Below, one piece after another: positions 8,093-16,527 of a stretch of DNA of 28,792 nucleotides; positions within the stretch are counted from its first letter, which is position 1; every line of letters starts with the position of its first letter. The position numbers were made by a program, and so were the translations under genes. The notes below the pieces were generated by a model. That model did not search any database. It was given only the letters and a program-made list of their open reading frames with translations, and had not been told where the DNA came from. The DNA is taken from positions 1-28,792 of the IMG/VR virus record IMGVR_UViG_2778261570_000004. One strand, written 5' to 3'. This DNA is from a virus (taxonomy: Duplodnaviria; Heunggongvirae; Uroviricota; Caudoviricetes).

Positions 8093-9600
8093 TGGCTGGT
8101 GGGCGCAAGATTAAATGCGTCACCAGCGATCCACGCTGGCGCGATATGGTAATCAAATACCGCTACAACTTTACCCAGGCTGTTGTTGATATATTCGGGA
8201 TGTTTCCCTCCCACCAGCAGCAGGAGATTATCCAGTCCGTACAGCAAAAAGGGAGCAGAACCACTGTTACCTCTGGTCACGGTACAGGGAAATCGTCGCT
8301 AACGGCTATGTTGTTGCTGATTTATTTGATTCTGTTCCCCGATGCCCGTGTCATCATTGTTGCTAACAAAATAGGTCAGGTTAAGACAGGTGTATTCAAA
8401 TACGTTAAACAGTATTGGGCGAATGCCGTTAAGCGTCATGGGTGGTTACAGACCTATTTTGTCCTGTCTGACACCATGTTTTATGAACGCTCTCGAAAGG
8501 GGATCTGGGAAGTTCTCTGCAAAGGCTATCGACTCGGTAACGAAGAAGCTCTGGCGGGGGAGCACGCGGCACATTTGCTTCTAATTCTGGATGAAGCATC
8601 AGGTATATCTGATAAAGCGATCGGCGTAATGACTGGCGCTCTGACTGAAGAAGATAACCGAATGTTGATGCTATCCCAGCCAACAAGGCCAAGTGGTTAT
8701 TTCTACGATTCGCACCATTCTCAAGCTAAAACCCCAGACAACCCGAAAGGGATCTGGACAGCAATTGTTCTTAACTCAGAAGAATCACCGTTCGTCACAC
8801 CACAATTCATCAGGCAGAAACTCCTGGAATATGGCGGGCGCGATTCTATTGAGTACATGGTCAAGGTTCTTGGTCAGTTTCCTCGGGAGATTAACGGCTA
8901 TTTGCTTGGTCGTGATGAATGCGATCGCGCTGCGCGGCGCAAGGTGTTGTTGGAGAAAAACTGGGGATGGGTGGCTACTGCTGACGTTGGTAACGGGCGA
9001 GACAAGTCAGTTCTTAATATCTGTAAAGTGTCTGGTCACCGGGAAAAGCGGCGTGTTGTTAACTTTAAGGTAATGGAAATGCCAGGGACTATGGACCCGC
9101 TGGCTTTTGCTGACTTTATATACAACGAATGCACGCCGGATAAATACCCGAATATTACAATCGCGGTTGACGCAGACGGTTTTGGTTCAGATACCTGTGC
9201 GCAGCTGGTGCGCCGTGGGGCTAATCCGGTACGGATTCGGTGGGGGAAACCCATGTTTTCGAACAAAGACAAGGAGCGTTTTGTTAACCAGCGTGCCTAC
9301 GCAAATATTATGGCTCGTGATGCCATAAAGTCAGGTCGTATGCGAATAGACAGCGACCCTAAAACGGCAGAGCAAGCGTCAAAAATCCCCTTTTTACTTA
9401 ATGAAGAAGGGAAGATGGCGATGATGCGCAAGGAGCACATGCGGCAAAAGCTGAACATCAAATCACCTGACCGATGGGATACCTACTGCTTTACAATGCT
9501 GGTGGACTATGTTCCTGCTAATGAAGATATCGGCGCTGAAATGGCTACCTTCCGCGATCAGGTTCTTGCAGATGTAGAAATGCCAGATCTGGATATTTGA
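8092..9600 (+). CDS. terminase large subunit (PacB-like)
   Basis: Walker A SGHGTGKSS, Walker B LLLILDEAS, C-terminal acidic nuclease-like segment ITIAVDADGFGSD. Confidence 0.8.
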   Translation: MAGGRKIKCVTSDPRWRDMVIKYRYNFTQAVVDIFGMFPSHQQQEIIQSVQQKGSRTTVTSGHGTGKSSLTAMLLLIYLILFPDARVIIVANKIGQVKTGVFKYVKQYWANAVKRHGWLQTYFVLSDTMFYERSRKGIWEVLCKGYRLGNEEALAGEHAAHLLLILDEASGISDKAIGVMTGALTEEDNRMLMLSQPTRPSGYFYDSHHSQAKTPDNPKGIWTAIVLNSEESPFVTPQFIRQKLLEYGGRDSIEYMVKVLGQFPREINGYLLGRDECDRAARRKVLLEKNWGWVATADVGNGRDKSVLNICKVSGHREKRRVVNFKVMEMPGTMDPLAFADFIYNECTPDKYPNITIAVDADGFGSDTCAQLVRRGANPVRIRWGKPMFSNKDKERFVNQRAYANIMARDAIKSGRMRIDSDPKTAEQASKIPFLLNEEGKMAMMRKEHMRQKLNIKSPDRWDTYCFTMLVDYVPANEDIGAEMATFRDQVLADVEMPDLDI

Positions 9601-9645
9601 CATCCTCCACGCCCTGAAGGACGGGGTTTTACGGCGCACCGGATA

Positions 9646-9667
9646 AAGCCCCGGCAATGCGGGGCTT
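9646..9667. terminator. hairpin between convergent genes (AAGCCCCG-gcaatg-CGGGGCTT)
   Basis: Perfect 8-bp GC-rich stem; no strong T-run on either strand. Confidence 0.4.
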
Positions 9668-9671
9668 GTGA

Positions 9672-10709
9672 TTACCAGAGTTTAGCGGCGTGCTGTGTTT
9701 GGGAGAAAGTGAACCCGTAACGTTCTTCTATGGTTTTACCGTATCTTTTCCGCGCGTCTGTCAGTTTTATGCCTGTCAGGTCATCTCCGGATGTCATCAT
9801 TACGTCTAACAAATCCAGATCCATTTTATTCAGTCTCGCCATCGCTTCGCGTGCTGTCTGTATTTTACGCTCAATGATATGGCGAATAGCCGGATCGGCT
9901 TCCTCAAGCATTTTGGCTGATTTGTTCTTTAAGCTCTCATTGCGGATGTCGATGTTTCGCAAGATGTATGACTTCGCAACATAGCTTGGTTGGTGTTTCT
10001 CCAGATCGCGAACGCGATAGAGACTAAAGTCACCAAGCAGGCCGCAAGGTATCGACTCAACCCCAGAATAAATAGTAATGCTGCGACGTTCGCCGACATT
10101 ATTAACAACGGGCACTGTGGTGTTCGGAAGTTTTGCGAACACTAAGGCTCCGTGTGCGCCTACCCTGAATCGTGACAGAGCATTGCTGCCTTCAATGTTT
10201 GTTGTAAGCACTACATCTGTGTATCCATCTTTGCGCGCCCGGTAAACTTCCCCTTCAGGTTCTGATGCGAAAAAACGGCGCTCTTCTTCAAGTGCACCAA
10301 CAATCTGCGAAAATATCTTGTTTTTCAGGCTTTTCTTTATAATTGCATCATATTTTTTGAGCAGATTTTCGCGCGTAAATGAGCGGGTGGTGGTCGCGCT
10401 TTGCACAACAATATGCGTGCTTTGATTTGTGTCCTCGATAATGAATGGGATCGGAGAATATACAGACTCAACAATGTTAGACGCTTTGCCGTCAGCGTTA
10501 CGGCACAAGTCAACAAAGGCTTTCCATTCTGTGAGGCACTTTTCAGCTTCTTCTAGCACATTCTGATCATGTGTTAGTGCAACATGGCGGAATTCCTCGC
10601 CGGAATAACTGGTATCATGGAAAACAGAGTTTGCGACCACCAGCTCTTTCCACCGTTCAGCGGTTTGCAGGAACCGTTTGTACTCTTTCTCGATCGACTT
10701 CTTACTCAT
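9672..10709 (-). CDS. hypothetical protein (345 aa) at the position occupied by the c1 repressor in P1; candidate master repressor
   Basis: Long ORF convergent with terminase, divergent from recombinase; operator-like motif 15-35 bp upstream of its start; no motif recognised by eye. Confidence 0.55.
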   Translation of the reverse strand: MSKKSIEKEYKRFLQTAERWKELVVANSVFHDTSYSGEEFRHVALTHDQNVLEEAEKCLTEWKAFVDLCRNADGKASNIVESVYSPIPFIIEDTNQSTHIVVQSATTTRSFTRENLLKKYDAIIKKSLKNKIFSQIVGALEEERRFFASEPEGEVYRARKDGYTDVVLTTNIEGSNALSRFRVGAHGALVFAKLPNTTVPVVNNVGERRSITIYSGVESIPCGLLGDFSLYRVRDLEKHQPSYVAKSYILRNIDIRNESLKNKSAKMLEEADPAIRHIIERKIQTAREAMARLNKMDLDLLDVMMTSGDDLTGIKLTDARKRYGKTIEERYGFTFSQTQHAAKLW

Positions 10710-10723
10710 TATTCCTACTCGAT

Positions 10724-10744
10724 TTAGTTTTCTAACATAAAATT
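10724..10744. promoter_or_regulatory. operator-like motif copy 4 (reverse orientation, TTTAGTTTTCTAACATAAAAT)
   Basis: Same motif family; directly upstream of the 345-aa gene. Confidence 0.45.
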
Positions 10745-10910
10745 ACTATGACAAATCTATGCCGAATAACAGGGTGAGTAAAGGATCAAGATGCATTTTT
10801 TTATCATCAAATTTAGAAAATTCTGCTTAAAAACTGCCAGGCATAACTTAAAGCCCACACCAGCAATGCATTGCCCATCTGCGCGGAAAGGAAAAAAATT
10901 CCTAAATTTC

Positions 10911-10942
10911 TAACTTTAGATAATTGGCATTATTTAAAGTTA
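10911..10942. other. rox-like recombination site (TAACTTTAGATAAT-TGGC-ATTATTTAAAGTTA)
   Basis: 14-4-14 palindrome with one arm mismatch; matches the rox target of Dre as recalled at 31 of 32 positions; about 150 bp upstream of the recombinase gene. Confidence 0.8.
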
Positions 10943-11094
10943 GGCTATAATTATGGGTAGATGATCAGTATTGACATCACTGAAAATACGTGCCTCGAAT
11001 CAAAGGCTTGAATCTTGAAAATTAACTTATAGCTACCCTGTCATTTTTATATTTTTCGCGTAGCGTCATCTGTATATAGAGGTTAAATAGTTTC

Positions 11095-12123
11095 ATGAGT
11101 GAATTAATTATCTCTGGCAGCTCCGGTGGTTTTCTGCGCAACATTGGCAAAGAGTACCAGGAGGCCGCAGAAAACTTTATGCGGTTCATGAATGACCAGG
11201 GGGCTTACGCGCCGAATACTTTGCGCGATCTCCGGTTAGTGTTTCACTCCTGGGCGAGATGGTGTCACGCTCGCCAGCTCGCCTGGTTCCCGATCTCACC
11301 AGAGATGGCCCGCGAGTATTTTCTTCAGCTGCATGATGCTGATCTGGCTTCGACCACCATTGATAAGCACTACGCCATGCTTAACATGCTGCTTTCGCAT
11401 TGTGGCCTTCCGCCACTTTCGGATGATAAAAGTGTTTCTCTGGCTATGCGGCGCATCCGGCGTGAAGCGGCAACTGAAAAAGGCGAACGAACAGGCCAGG
11501 CTATACCGCTGCGGTGGGACGATCTGAAACTGCTCGACGTCCTGTTGTCCAGGTCAGAACGGCTGGTGGACCTGCGCAACCGGGCTTTTCTCTTTGTTGC
11601 ATACAATACGCTGATGCGTATGTCGGAAATCTCGCGTATTCGTGTAGGAGATCTGGATCAAACAGGTGACACTGTCACGCTACATATTTCACACACGAAG
11701 ACAATAACGACCGCCGCCGGGATTGATAAGGTGCTTTCCCGTCGCACTACCGCTGTGCTGAATGACTGGCTGGATGTTTCCGGGCTTCGCGAACATCCTG
11801 ACGCAGTGTTGTTCCCGCCGATACACCGTAGCAATAAGGCCAGGATCACGACAACGCCCCTTACTGCACCTGCAATGGAGAAAATATTCAGCGACGCCTG
11901 GGTGTTGCTGAATAAAAGAGATGCTACGCCAAACAAAGGAAGATACCGGACGTGGACCGGGCATAGTGCACGCGTCGGGGCCGCTATTGATATGGCTGAA
12001 AAGCAGGTGTCTATGGTGGAGATCATGCAGGAAGGAACCTGGAAGAAACCGGAAACACTTATGCGGTATCTTCGCCGTGGCGGCGTGTCTGTGGGGGCTA
12101 ATAGCCGCCTGATGGATTCGTAA
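11095..12123 (+). CDS. dre: Cre-family tyrosine recombinase, Dre-like
   Basis: Alignable by eye to P1 Cre (HSWARWC, SVSLAMRRIRRE, RNRAFLFVAYNTLMRMSEISRIRVGDL, WTGHSARVGAAIDMA, LMRYL catalytic Tyr); adjacent rox-like site. Confidence 0.85.
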   Translation: MSELIISGSSGGFLRNIGKEYQEAAENFMRFMNDQGAYAPNTLRDLRLVFHSWARWCHARQLAWFPISPEMAREYFLQLHDADLASTTIDKHYAMLNMLLSHCGLPPLSDDKSVSLAMRRIRREAATEKGERTGQAIPLRWDDLKLLDVLLSRSERLVDLRNRAFLFVAYNTLMRMSEISRIRVGDLDQTGDTVTLHISHTKTITTAAGIDKVLSRRTTAVLNDWLDVSGLREHPDAVLFPPIHRSNKARITTTPLTAPAMEKIFSDAWVLLNKRDATPNKGRYRTWTGHSARVGAAIDMAEKQVSMVEIMQEGTWKKPETLMRYLRRGGVSVGANSRLMDS

Positions 12124-12143
12124 ATTAAAATTCTAACACATCT
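12123..12143. promoter_or_regulatory. operator-like motif copy 5 (reverse orientation)
   Basis: AAATTAAAATTCTAACACATC just after recombinase stop and about 55 bp before the next operon. Confidence 0.4.
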
Positions 12144-12196
12144 TTTTAGATTAACGCCTTTGCTGTAAAGTACCCTCGCCTATTTAGGAGGGTGCT

Positions 12197-12541
12197 TTGC
12201 AGAGTCAAATCACGGAATCAAGACGCTTCAAGGTGGATGGTTACACCGTAACCTTCGCCGCTGGTGTTAAGAACAGTCATGCTGTCGTTGTGTTCGGCAT
12301 CATGACCGGGCTTGAGGCCGTCCCTGTGTTTACCCTCGAAAAAAACTGGCGAAATCTGGAGGAAGCAGAAAGCTACGTCCGGAAAGTAACCATCATTGCC
12401 GCCGAAAAACTCCTGGCCCACTATCAGGAAAATTATCGCACTATGGTCGAGAAGATTAATCTCGCTTTCACTCGCCCCACTACCGGCTTTATTGCACCGG
12501 ATACTAATGCCGGTCGATATCCTGCAAGGGGGCGTCGGTGA
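12197..12541 (+). CDS. hypothetical protein (114 aa, TTG start)
   Basis: AGGAGG 5 nt upstream of TTG; first gene of a tightly coupled six-gene operon. Confidence 0.5.
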   Translation: MQSQITESRRFKVDGYTVTFAAGVKNSHAVVVFGIMTGLEAVPVFTLEKNWRNLEEAESYVRKVTIIAAEKLLAHYQENYRTMVEKINLAFTRPTTGFIAPDTNAGRYPARGRR

Positions 12542-13014
12542 AAACTTATTACCCATCTCTGAATTGTTACCCGTCTTCCTATCCAGAATTATCCGGGAAG
12601 CTGTTAGCTCTATTAGCTAAAGCACCTACGGAATGGTTTAAGCCAGTCGTTATCAATCCACACTTCCTGGGTTACGGATCTGTTCGCACTCGTAACGAAC
12701 TCAAAAACCTACTGGCGCATGGATTCATTCGACACCGTGCCGGGAAAGGCTATCAGTTAGCGATTGCGCCAGAAGAGGCCGTGCGGCTATTCGCATATCG
12801 TGACAGCCAGACAAAAGCTCGGGTAATAGCTCAAATACTTCATAACGGCAGCACCTATGCCCGCCAGTTTGGCGGCGACACGTCGCAGTTCTTGCGGGCG
12901 GTGCGATCGCTGGAGGAGCAAGGAGTTATTGAAAGTTCCTGTCTTCCTGTTCCTACCGTTCCACATATCAAACGTCGGGTTTACACCTTCACGCAGAGAG
13001 CTAAAAAACAATGA
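12538..13014 (+). CDS. hypothetical protein, possible winged-helix DNA-binding (158 aa, GTG start)
   Basis: GTGA overlap with upstream gene, ATGA overlap with downstream gene; basic helix-rich segments. Confidence 0.5.
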   Translation: MKTYYPSLNCYPSSYPELSGKLLALLAKAPTEWFKPVVINPHFLGYGSVRTRNELKNLLAHGFIRHRAGKGYQLAIAPEEAVRLFAYRDSQTKARVIAQILHNGSTYARQFGGDTSQFLRAVRSLEEQGVIESSCLPVPTVPHIKRRVYTFTQRAKKQ

Positions 13015-13505
13015 TTTACGTAAAAGTGAAACGCCTACATCCGGCAGCAAAACTTCCAGCTTATGCCACCTCCGGATCGGCGGCGATGGATTTTGAGGCT
13101 GTTGAAATAAAACCATGCGTCGATAGCAATGGTGCAATTTCCTCAAGCTGGTGGGTGTATACCGGACTGGCTATGGAGATCCCGCCCGGCTGGTGTCTGA
13201 AACTCTATCCGCGATCAGGATTGGGCTGCAAAAAACATACTCGCCTGGCTAACTGCGTAGGAATTATCGACTCCGATTATCGCGGCGAAATCATGGCAAA
13301 ACTGATTACTGATCCAGGCGGGGAAGGCGTTTGTCTCAAGCCTGGAATGGCTGTCATGCAAGGAATTTTTGAGCGTGTTGAACAAGTCTCACTAGTCGAG
13401 GTTGAGGAACTCAACGAAACGGAGCGTGGTGCTGGTGGCTTTGGTAGCACATCGGAAGGCCACTTTGAAATTAAGCGTTCACCGCTTCAGTACGAAAAGT
13501 TATAA
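13011..13505 (+). CDS. dut: dUTPase homolog (trimeric Dut family) with divergent motif IV
   Basis: Motifs SGSAAMDF, YPRSGLG, GIIDSDYRGE, RGAGGFGSTSEG present; motif IV reads GMAVMQ where E. coli Dut has GERIAQ. Confidence 0.7.
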   Translation: MIYVKVKRLHPAAKLPAYATSGSAAMDFEAVEIKPCVDSNGAISSSWWVYTGLAMEIPPGWCLKLYPRSGLGCKKHTRLANCVGIIDSDYRGEIMAKLITDPGGEGVCLKPGMAVMQGIFERVEQVSLVEVEELNETERGAGGFGSTSEGHFEIKRSPLQYEKL

Positions 13506-13519
13506 GCAGAGAAAAGACT

Positions 13520-13960
13520 ATGAATAACATGGCAACGAAAGAGCTTTTTAAGTTCCGTCCCAAATACAAAGCTCACAAAAAAAATGGAACCACGGTCATC
13601 ATTACGGATGACAACGGCGTGATGATTAATCTTACCGGGAGCGTAACTATTTCTGCTGGTGGCATCACCACCCAGCAAGAAGAAATCGACCTTGAAGCAG
13701 CCGACTTTTCAGACGCGCTGATGTGGCTGAAGGAAGGCAAGAAAGTTGCTCGACGCGGGTGGAACGGCGAAAACCAATTCTGCTGGCTGGTTCCTGAAGG
13801 ACAGTACCCGGCACGAATGGAAGCCATTAAGGGATATTTCCCCGGCGACCTCGTTCCGTATGGTGCTTATTTCGCCTTAAAAAATGCACAAGGTGTAGTT
13901 GTTCCGTGGGTGCCTTCAGTTGGCGACCTGCTGGCCTGTGACTGGTTTGTTGTGGAGTGA
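13520..13960 (+). CDS. DUF2829-like protein (146 aa)
   Basis: C-terminal ALMWLKEGKKVARRGWNG...PWVPSVGDLLACDWFVVE matches the DUF2829 pattern as recalled. Confidence 0.6.
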   Translation: MNNMATKELFKFRPKYKAHKKNGTTVIITDDNGVMINLTGSVTISAGGITTQQEEIDLEAADFSDALMWLKEGKKVARRGWNGENQFCWLVPEGQYPARMEAIKGYFPGDLVPYGAYFALKNAQGVVVPWVPSVGDLLACDWFVVE

Positions 13961-13966
13961 TTTGAC

Positions 13967-14734
13967 ATGGAAAGCACTAAAACAATTCAATACCGCTTGC
14001 GTAATGGCCTGCTGGTGGCTGTTAACGCCGACATGTCACTGCCGTTTGACACGATTGAACGCACTATCATGACGTATCTCGGCTTTAATGAAGAGCTGAA
14101 TGAAGAGCATGGCGTAGCTATATGGAGTGATGCAGACAGCGGCGTTCGTCGTTACATCACCGCCAGGGGCAAAGACTACTCTCTGGAAGAACTGTTTGCC
14201 CTTGCGCAGTCTTTCGAATGTGTAGCATTAGACCTGTTTAATGATCCTGCTATAGCGCAACGACTTATACGCGAGCTTGGGCTATCCGTTACACCAATTA
14301 TATTTAAAAATGGCAGCCTGACTGGCACATGGCGCGTAGAACGCATCTCAAACTACCTTCCATATAACCGACAGTTAAATGGAGTAATCTCCGGCGTTAA
14401 CCAGCCCGTAGCGTGTGAAAATGTAAACCTGGTTGTCGCTGTTTTGGCAACCGCATGTCGTGTTATCGGTTTGGCTAAACAGGCATTTATTCATTTCCCA
14501 AATGGTGCAGAAGGTAGCGCAGAGATTATCGCGTGTGATTTCGAATTTACCTGGATGCTACGCGAATATCTGGACCAAACAGTATTCCGTGCCGAAGAAC
14601 TGGATATGTATATCACGTCAACGATTCCAGACGATGTGCGAGCTGAAGCAATCGCTACAGCCAGGGCGAAATGCCGTGCGGCGATTGCAGAACAGGCCAA
14701 AGAAGAAGTTAAGGAAGTGGCAGATGGCGACTAA
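13967..14734 (+). CDS. hypothetical protein (255 aa)
   Basis: ORF; SD-like AAGGAAG for the next gene lies in its 3' end. Confidence 0.55.
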   Translation: MESTKTIQYRLRNGLLVAVNADMSLPFDTIERTIMTYLGFNEELNEEHGVAIWSDADSGVRRYITARGKDYSLEELFALAQSFECVALDLFNDPAIAQRLIRELGLSVTPIIFKNGSLTGTWRVERISNYLPYNRQLNGVISGVNQPVACENVNLVVAVLATACRVIGLAKQAFIHFPNGAEGSAEIIACDFEFTWMLREYLDQTVFRAEELDMYITSTIPDDVRAEAIATARAKCRAAIAEQAKEEVKEVADGD

Positions 14735-15818
14735 GAGCAATATTTATAAAGATCCGCGCTGGCTGTCGCTGGTGGAGAAATATAAAGACAATTGGGTACT
14801 GGCAGCAAAAGAATTGTTTGATATTGATTTAAGCCACCAGCAACAACAAATTGTTGAAGCTATACAGCCCAATAATGCAAAAGCTACTGTCACCACTCCG
14901 TATGGGATCGGACGACCGCAAGTGCTTGCTGTTATTAGTACCCTTTATACGATTATGTATCCTGATTCCCGGACAGTAATTGTTTATCCAAAATCAAATG
15001 TTTGCAAAAGAGGAATTGTTGCATATGTGTGGCAATGTTGGGAGGCATTGCTGAAAAAACAACCTTTTATCATTGAGTATTTTAAGGTCGGTGATAGCGG
15101 TCTGATGTTCAATGAATTTTGGGGAATGTGCTTTTGTAACTTCCGCCTTAACTATGAAGATAGCATTGCAGGTCACTACGCCGACCATCTTTTATTCATT
15201 ATTGTGGATTCCGCACATATCAGCGATCGGGCATACAGCATTGTGTGGGCAAGCATGACTAGTGGTGATTCACGCATATTGCTCACTTCAATTCCGTCAC
15301 CAGAGGAAATAGGCTTTTTTTATGATTCACATCATGGACGTGCTTTAGCTGAAGATAATCCGAGTGGTGTATATAAAGCCATTAAGCTGAGTGCGGAGGA
15401 TTCACCATTTATTACCCAAGAATATCTTGATCATTTTGCCGAAAGGTATGGCGGGCGAAATAGTGATGACTATCGTCGTATGATTCTTGGTGAGTTCCCT
15501 GGTATTAGGGAGGCTGTTCTTGAATCAGATATGCCGAAGACAATGCGCTTTTCGATGCCTGATGGTAGTGAATGGACAATACCATTACGAGTGATAGCCC
15601 GGCATCATGCGCAGCACCACGCCAAAAAACATGGCGTCACGACATTAGAATGGTTGAAATCGCACACCATTCCACTCTTCACTGCAGATCACAATGCTAT
15701 CGTTGAGTGGGCAAAAACAATTCCGTGGGAGAATGTCGCTGAATACGCCCACATGCTAAAACCGCCGAAAGACAGGCAAGAAATTAGCTGGCTGACAGCA
15801 GAAAAAATCATTGAGTGA
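14724..15818 (+). CDS. terminase large subunit paralog with degenerate Walker A/B and no nuclease domain (364 aa; track ORF 14433 is an upstream frame extension)
   Basis: By-eye alignment to the 8092 protein: DPRW, SHQQQ, FFYDSHH, YGGR conserved; GHGTGKS becomes PYGIGRP, ILDEAS becomes IVDSAH; unrelated C-terminus. Confidence 0.65.
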   Translation: MATKSNIYKDPRWLSLVEKYKDNWVLAAKELFDIDLSHQQQQIVEAIQPNNAKATVTTPYGIGRPQVLAVISTLYTIMYPDSRTVIVYPKSNVCKRGIVAYVWQCWEALLKKQPFIIEYFKVGDSGLMFNEFWGMCFCNFRLNYEDSIAGHYADHLLFIIVDSAHISDRAYSIVWASMTSGDSRILLTSIPSPEEIGFFYDSHHGRALAEDNPSGVYKAIKLSAEDSPFITQEYLDHFAERYGGRNSDDYRRMILGEFPGIREAVLESDMPKTMRFSMPDGSEWTIPLRVIARHHAQHHAKKHGVTTLEWLKSHTIPLFTADHNAIVEWAKTIPWENVAEYAHMLKPPKDRQEISWLTAEKIIE

Positions 15819-15853
15819 TAGTAAGAAGCCCGCCTGGTTGAGCGGGCTTCTTT

Positions 15854-16234
15854 TCAAATATTGGAACCATATAGTTCACGTAGTTTTTTCGCTACTGAAG
15901 ATACGGGGATTTCACCAGTTGCAGCCCCCACTGCAAGCTCCACCAGCACGGGATCATCATATACCTGTATACCGTTACGGCGTAGAAATAGCAGCGCACT
16001 GTTTAGCGCGGTACGCTTATTGGCATCATTGAATATATGCCCTCTCGCCGTAGCCACCAGGTAGGTGGCGGAGACTTCGAAAAGGTCGGTGATCTCTTCG
16101 TAGGCAACTCTGGCCTGAACTCTCCCGATAATGGCCTCTGCCCTACCCGGATCTGACATTCCCGGCAGGCCGCCGTAGCGGCTTATATTCGCATCATGAA
16201 GCGCAATAAGTTCTTCCGGTGATATATGCCTCAT
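15854..16234 (-). CDS. doc: Doc toxin (Fic/Doc family)
   Basis: Near-identical over most of its length to P1 Doc as recalled ([39 protein letters not shown]...). Confidence 0.9.
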
Positions 16235-16455
16235 TATCGGTTAACCAGTTCCTTGTTGGTGGAGTCCAGGGTGTCAAACAGGGATGCAAATTCGGCATCC
16301 AGCGCCGCTTTTTTGTAGGCTTCAAAAGTAGCCTTGCTGACAATTACTGCTGGCTCACGGCCTCTGCGGGTGATTTCAACCTCTTCCCCGGCTTCAACAT
16401 TGTTGAGCACTTCAGAAAGGTTGCCACGCGCGGTACGGAAGTTAATGGATTGCAT
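16234..16455 (-). CDS. phd: Phd antitoxin (prevent host death)
   Basis: [49 protein letters not shown]... matches P1 Phd; start/stop overlap with doc. Confidence 0.9.
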
Positions 16456-16464
16456 AAACACCTC

Positions 16465-16486
16465 GTGTACTCGTTATGTGTACACA
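16465..16486. promoter_or_regulatory. phd-doc operator-like palindromes (GTGTACTC and TGTGTACACA)
   Basis: Two GTGTAC-containing palindromic sites immediately upstream of phd. Confidence 0.5.
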
Positions 16487-16527
16487 ATTATAAACTTCAC
16501 AGGCATAAAGCACCAGCACTTTGCAGC

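Noticed and set aside
9730-9984. 84-aa forward ORF
   Set aside because: Lies antisense inside the 345-aa reverse gene.
10710-11094. loxP site
   Set aside because: No loxP-like 13-8-13 sequence; the site present is rox-like (14-4-14).
14433-14723. Upstream extension of the terminase-paralog ORF (track start 14433)
   Set aside because: It overlaps the 13967..14734 gene in another frame; the ATG at 14724 has an AAGGAAG SD and begins the region alignable to the large terminase.
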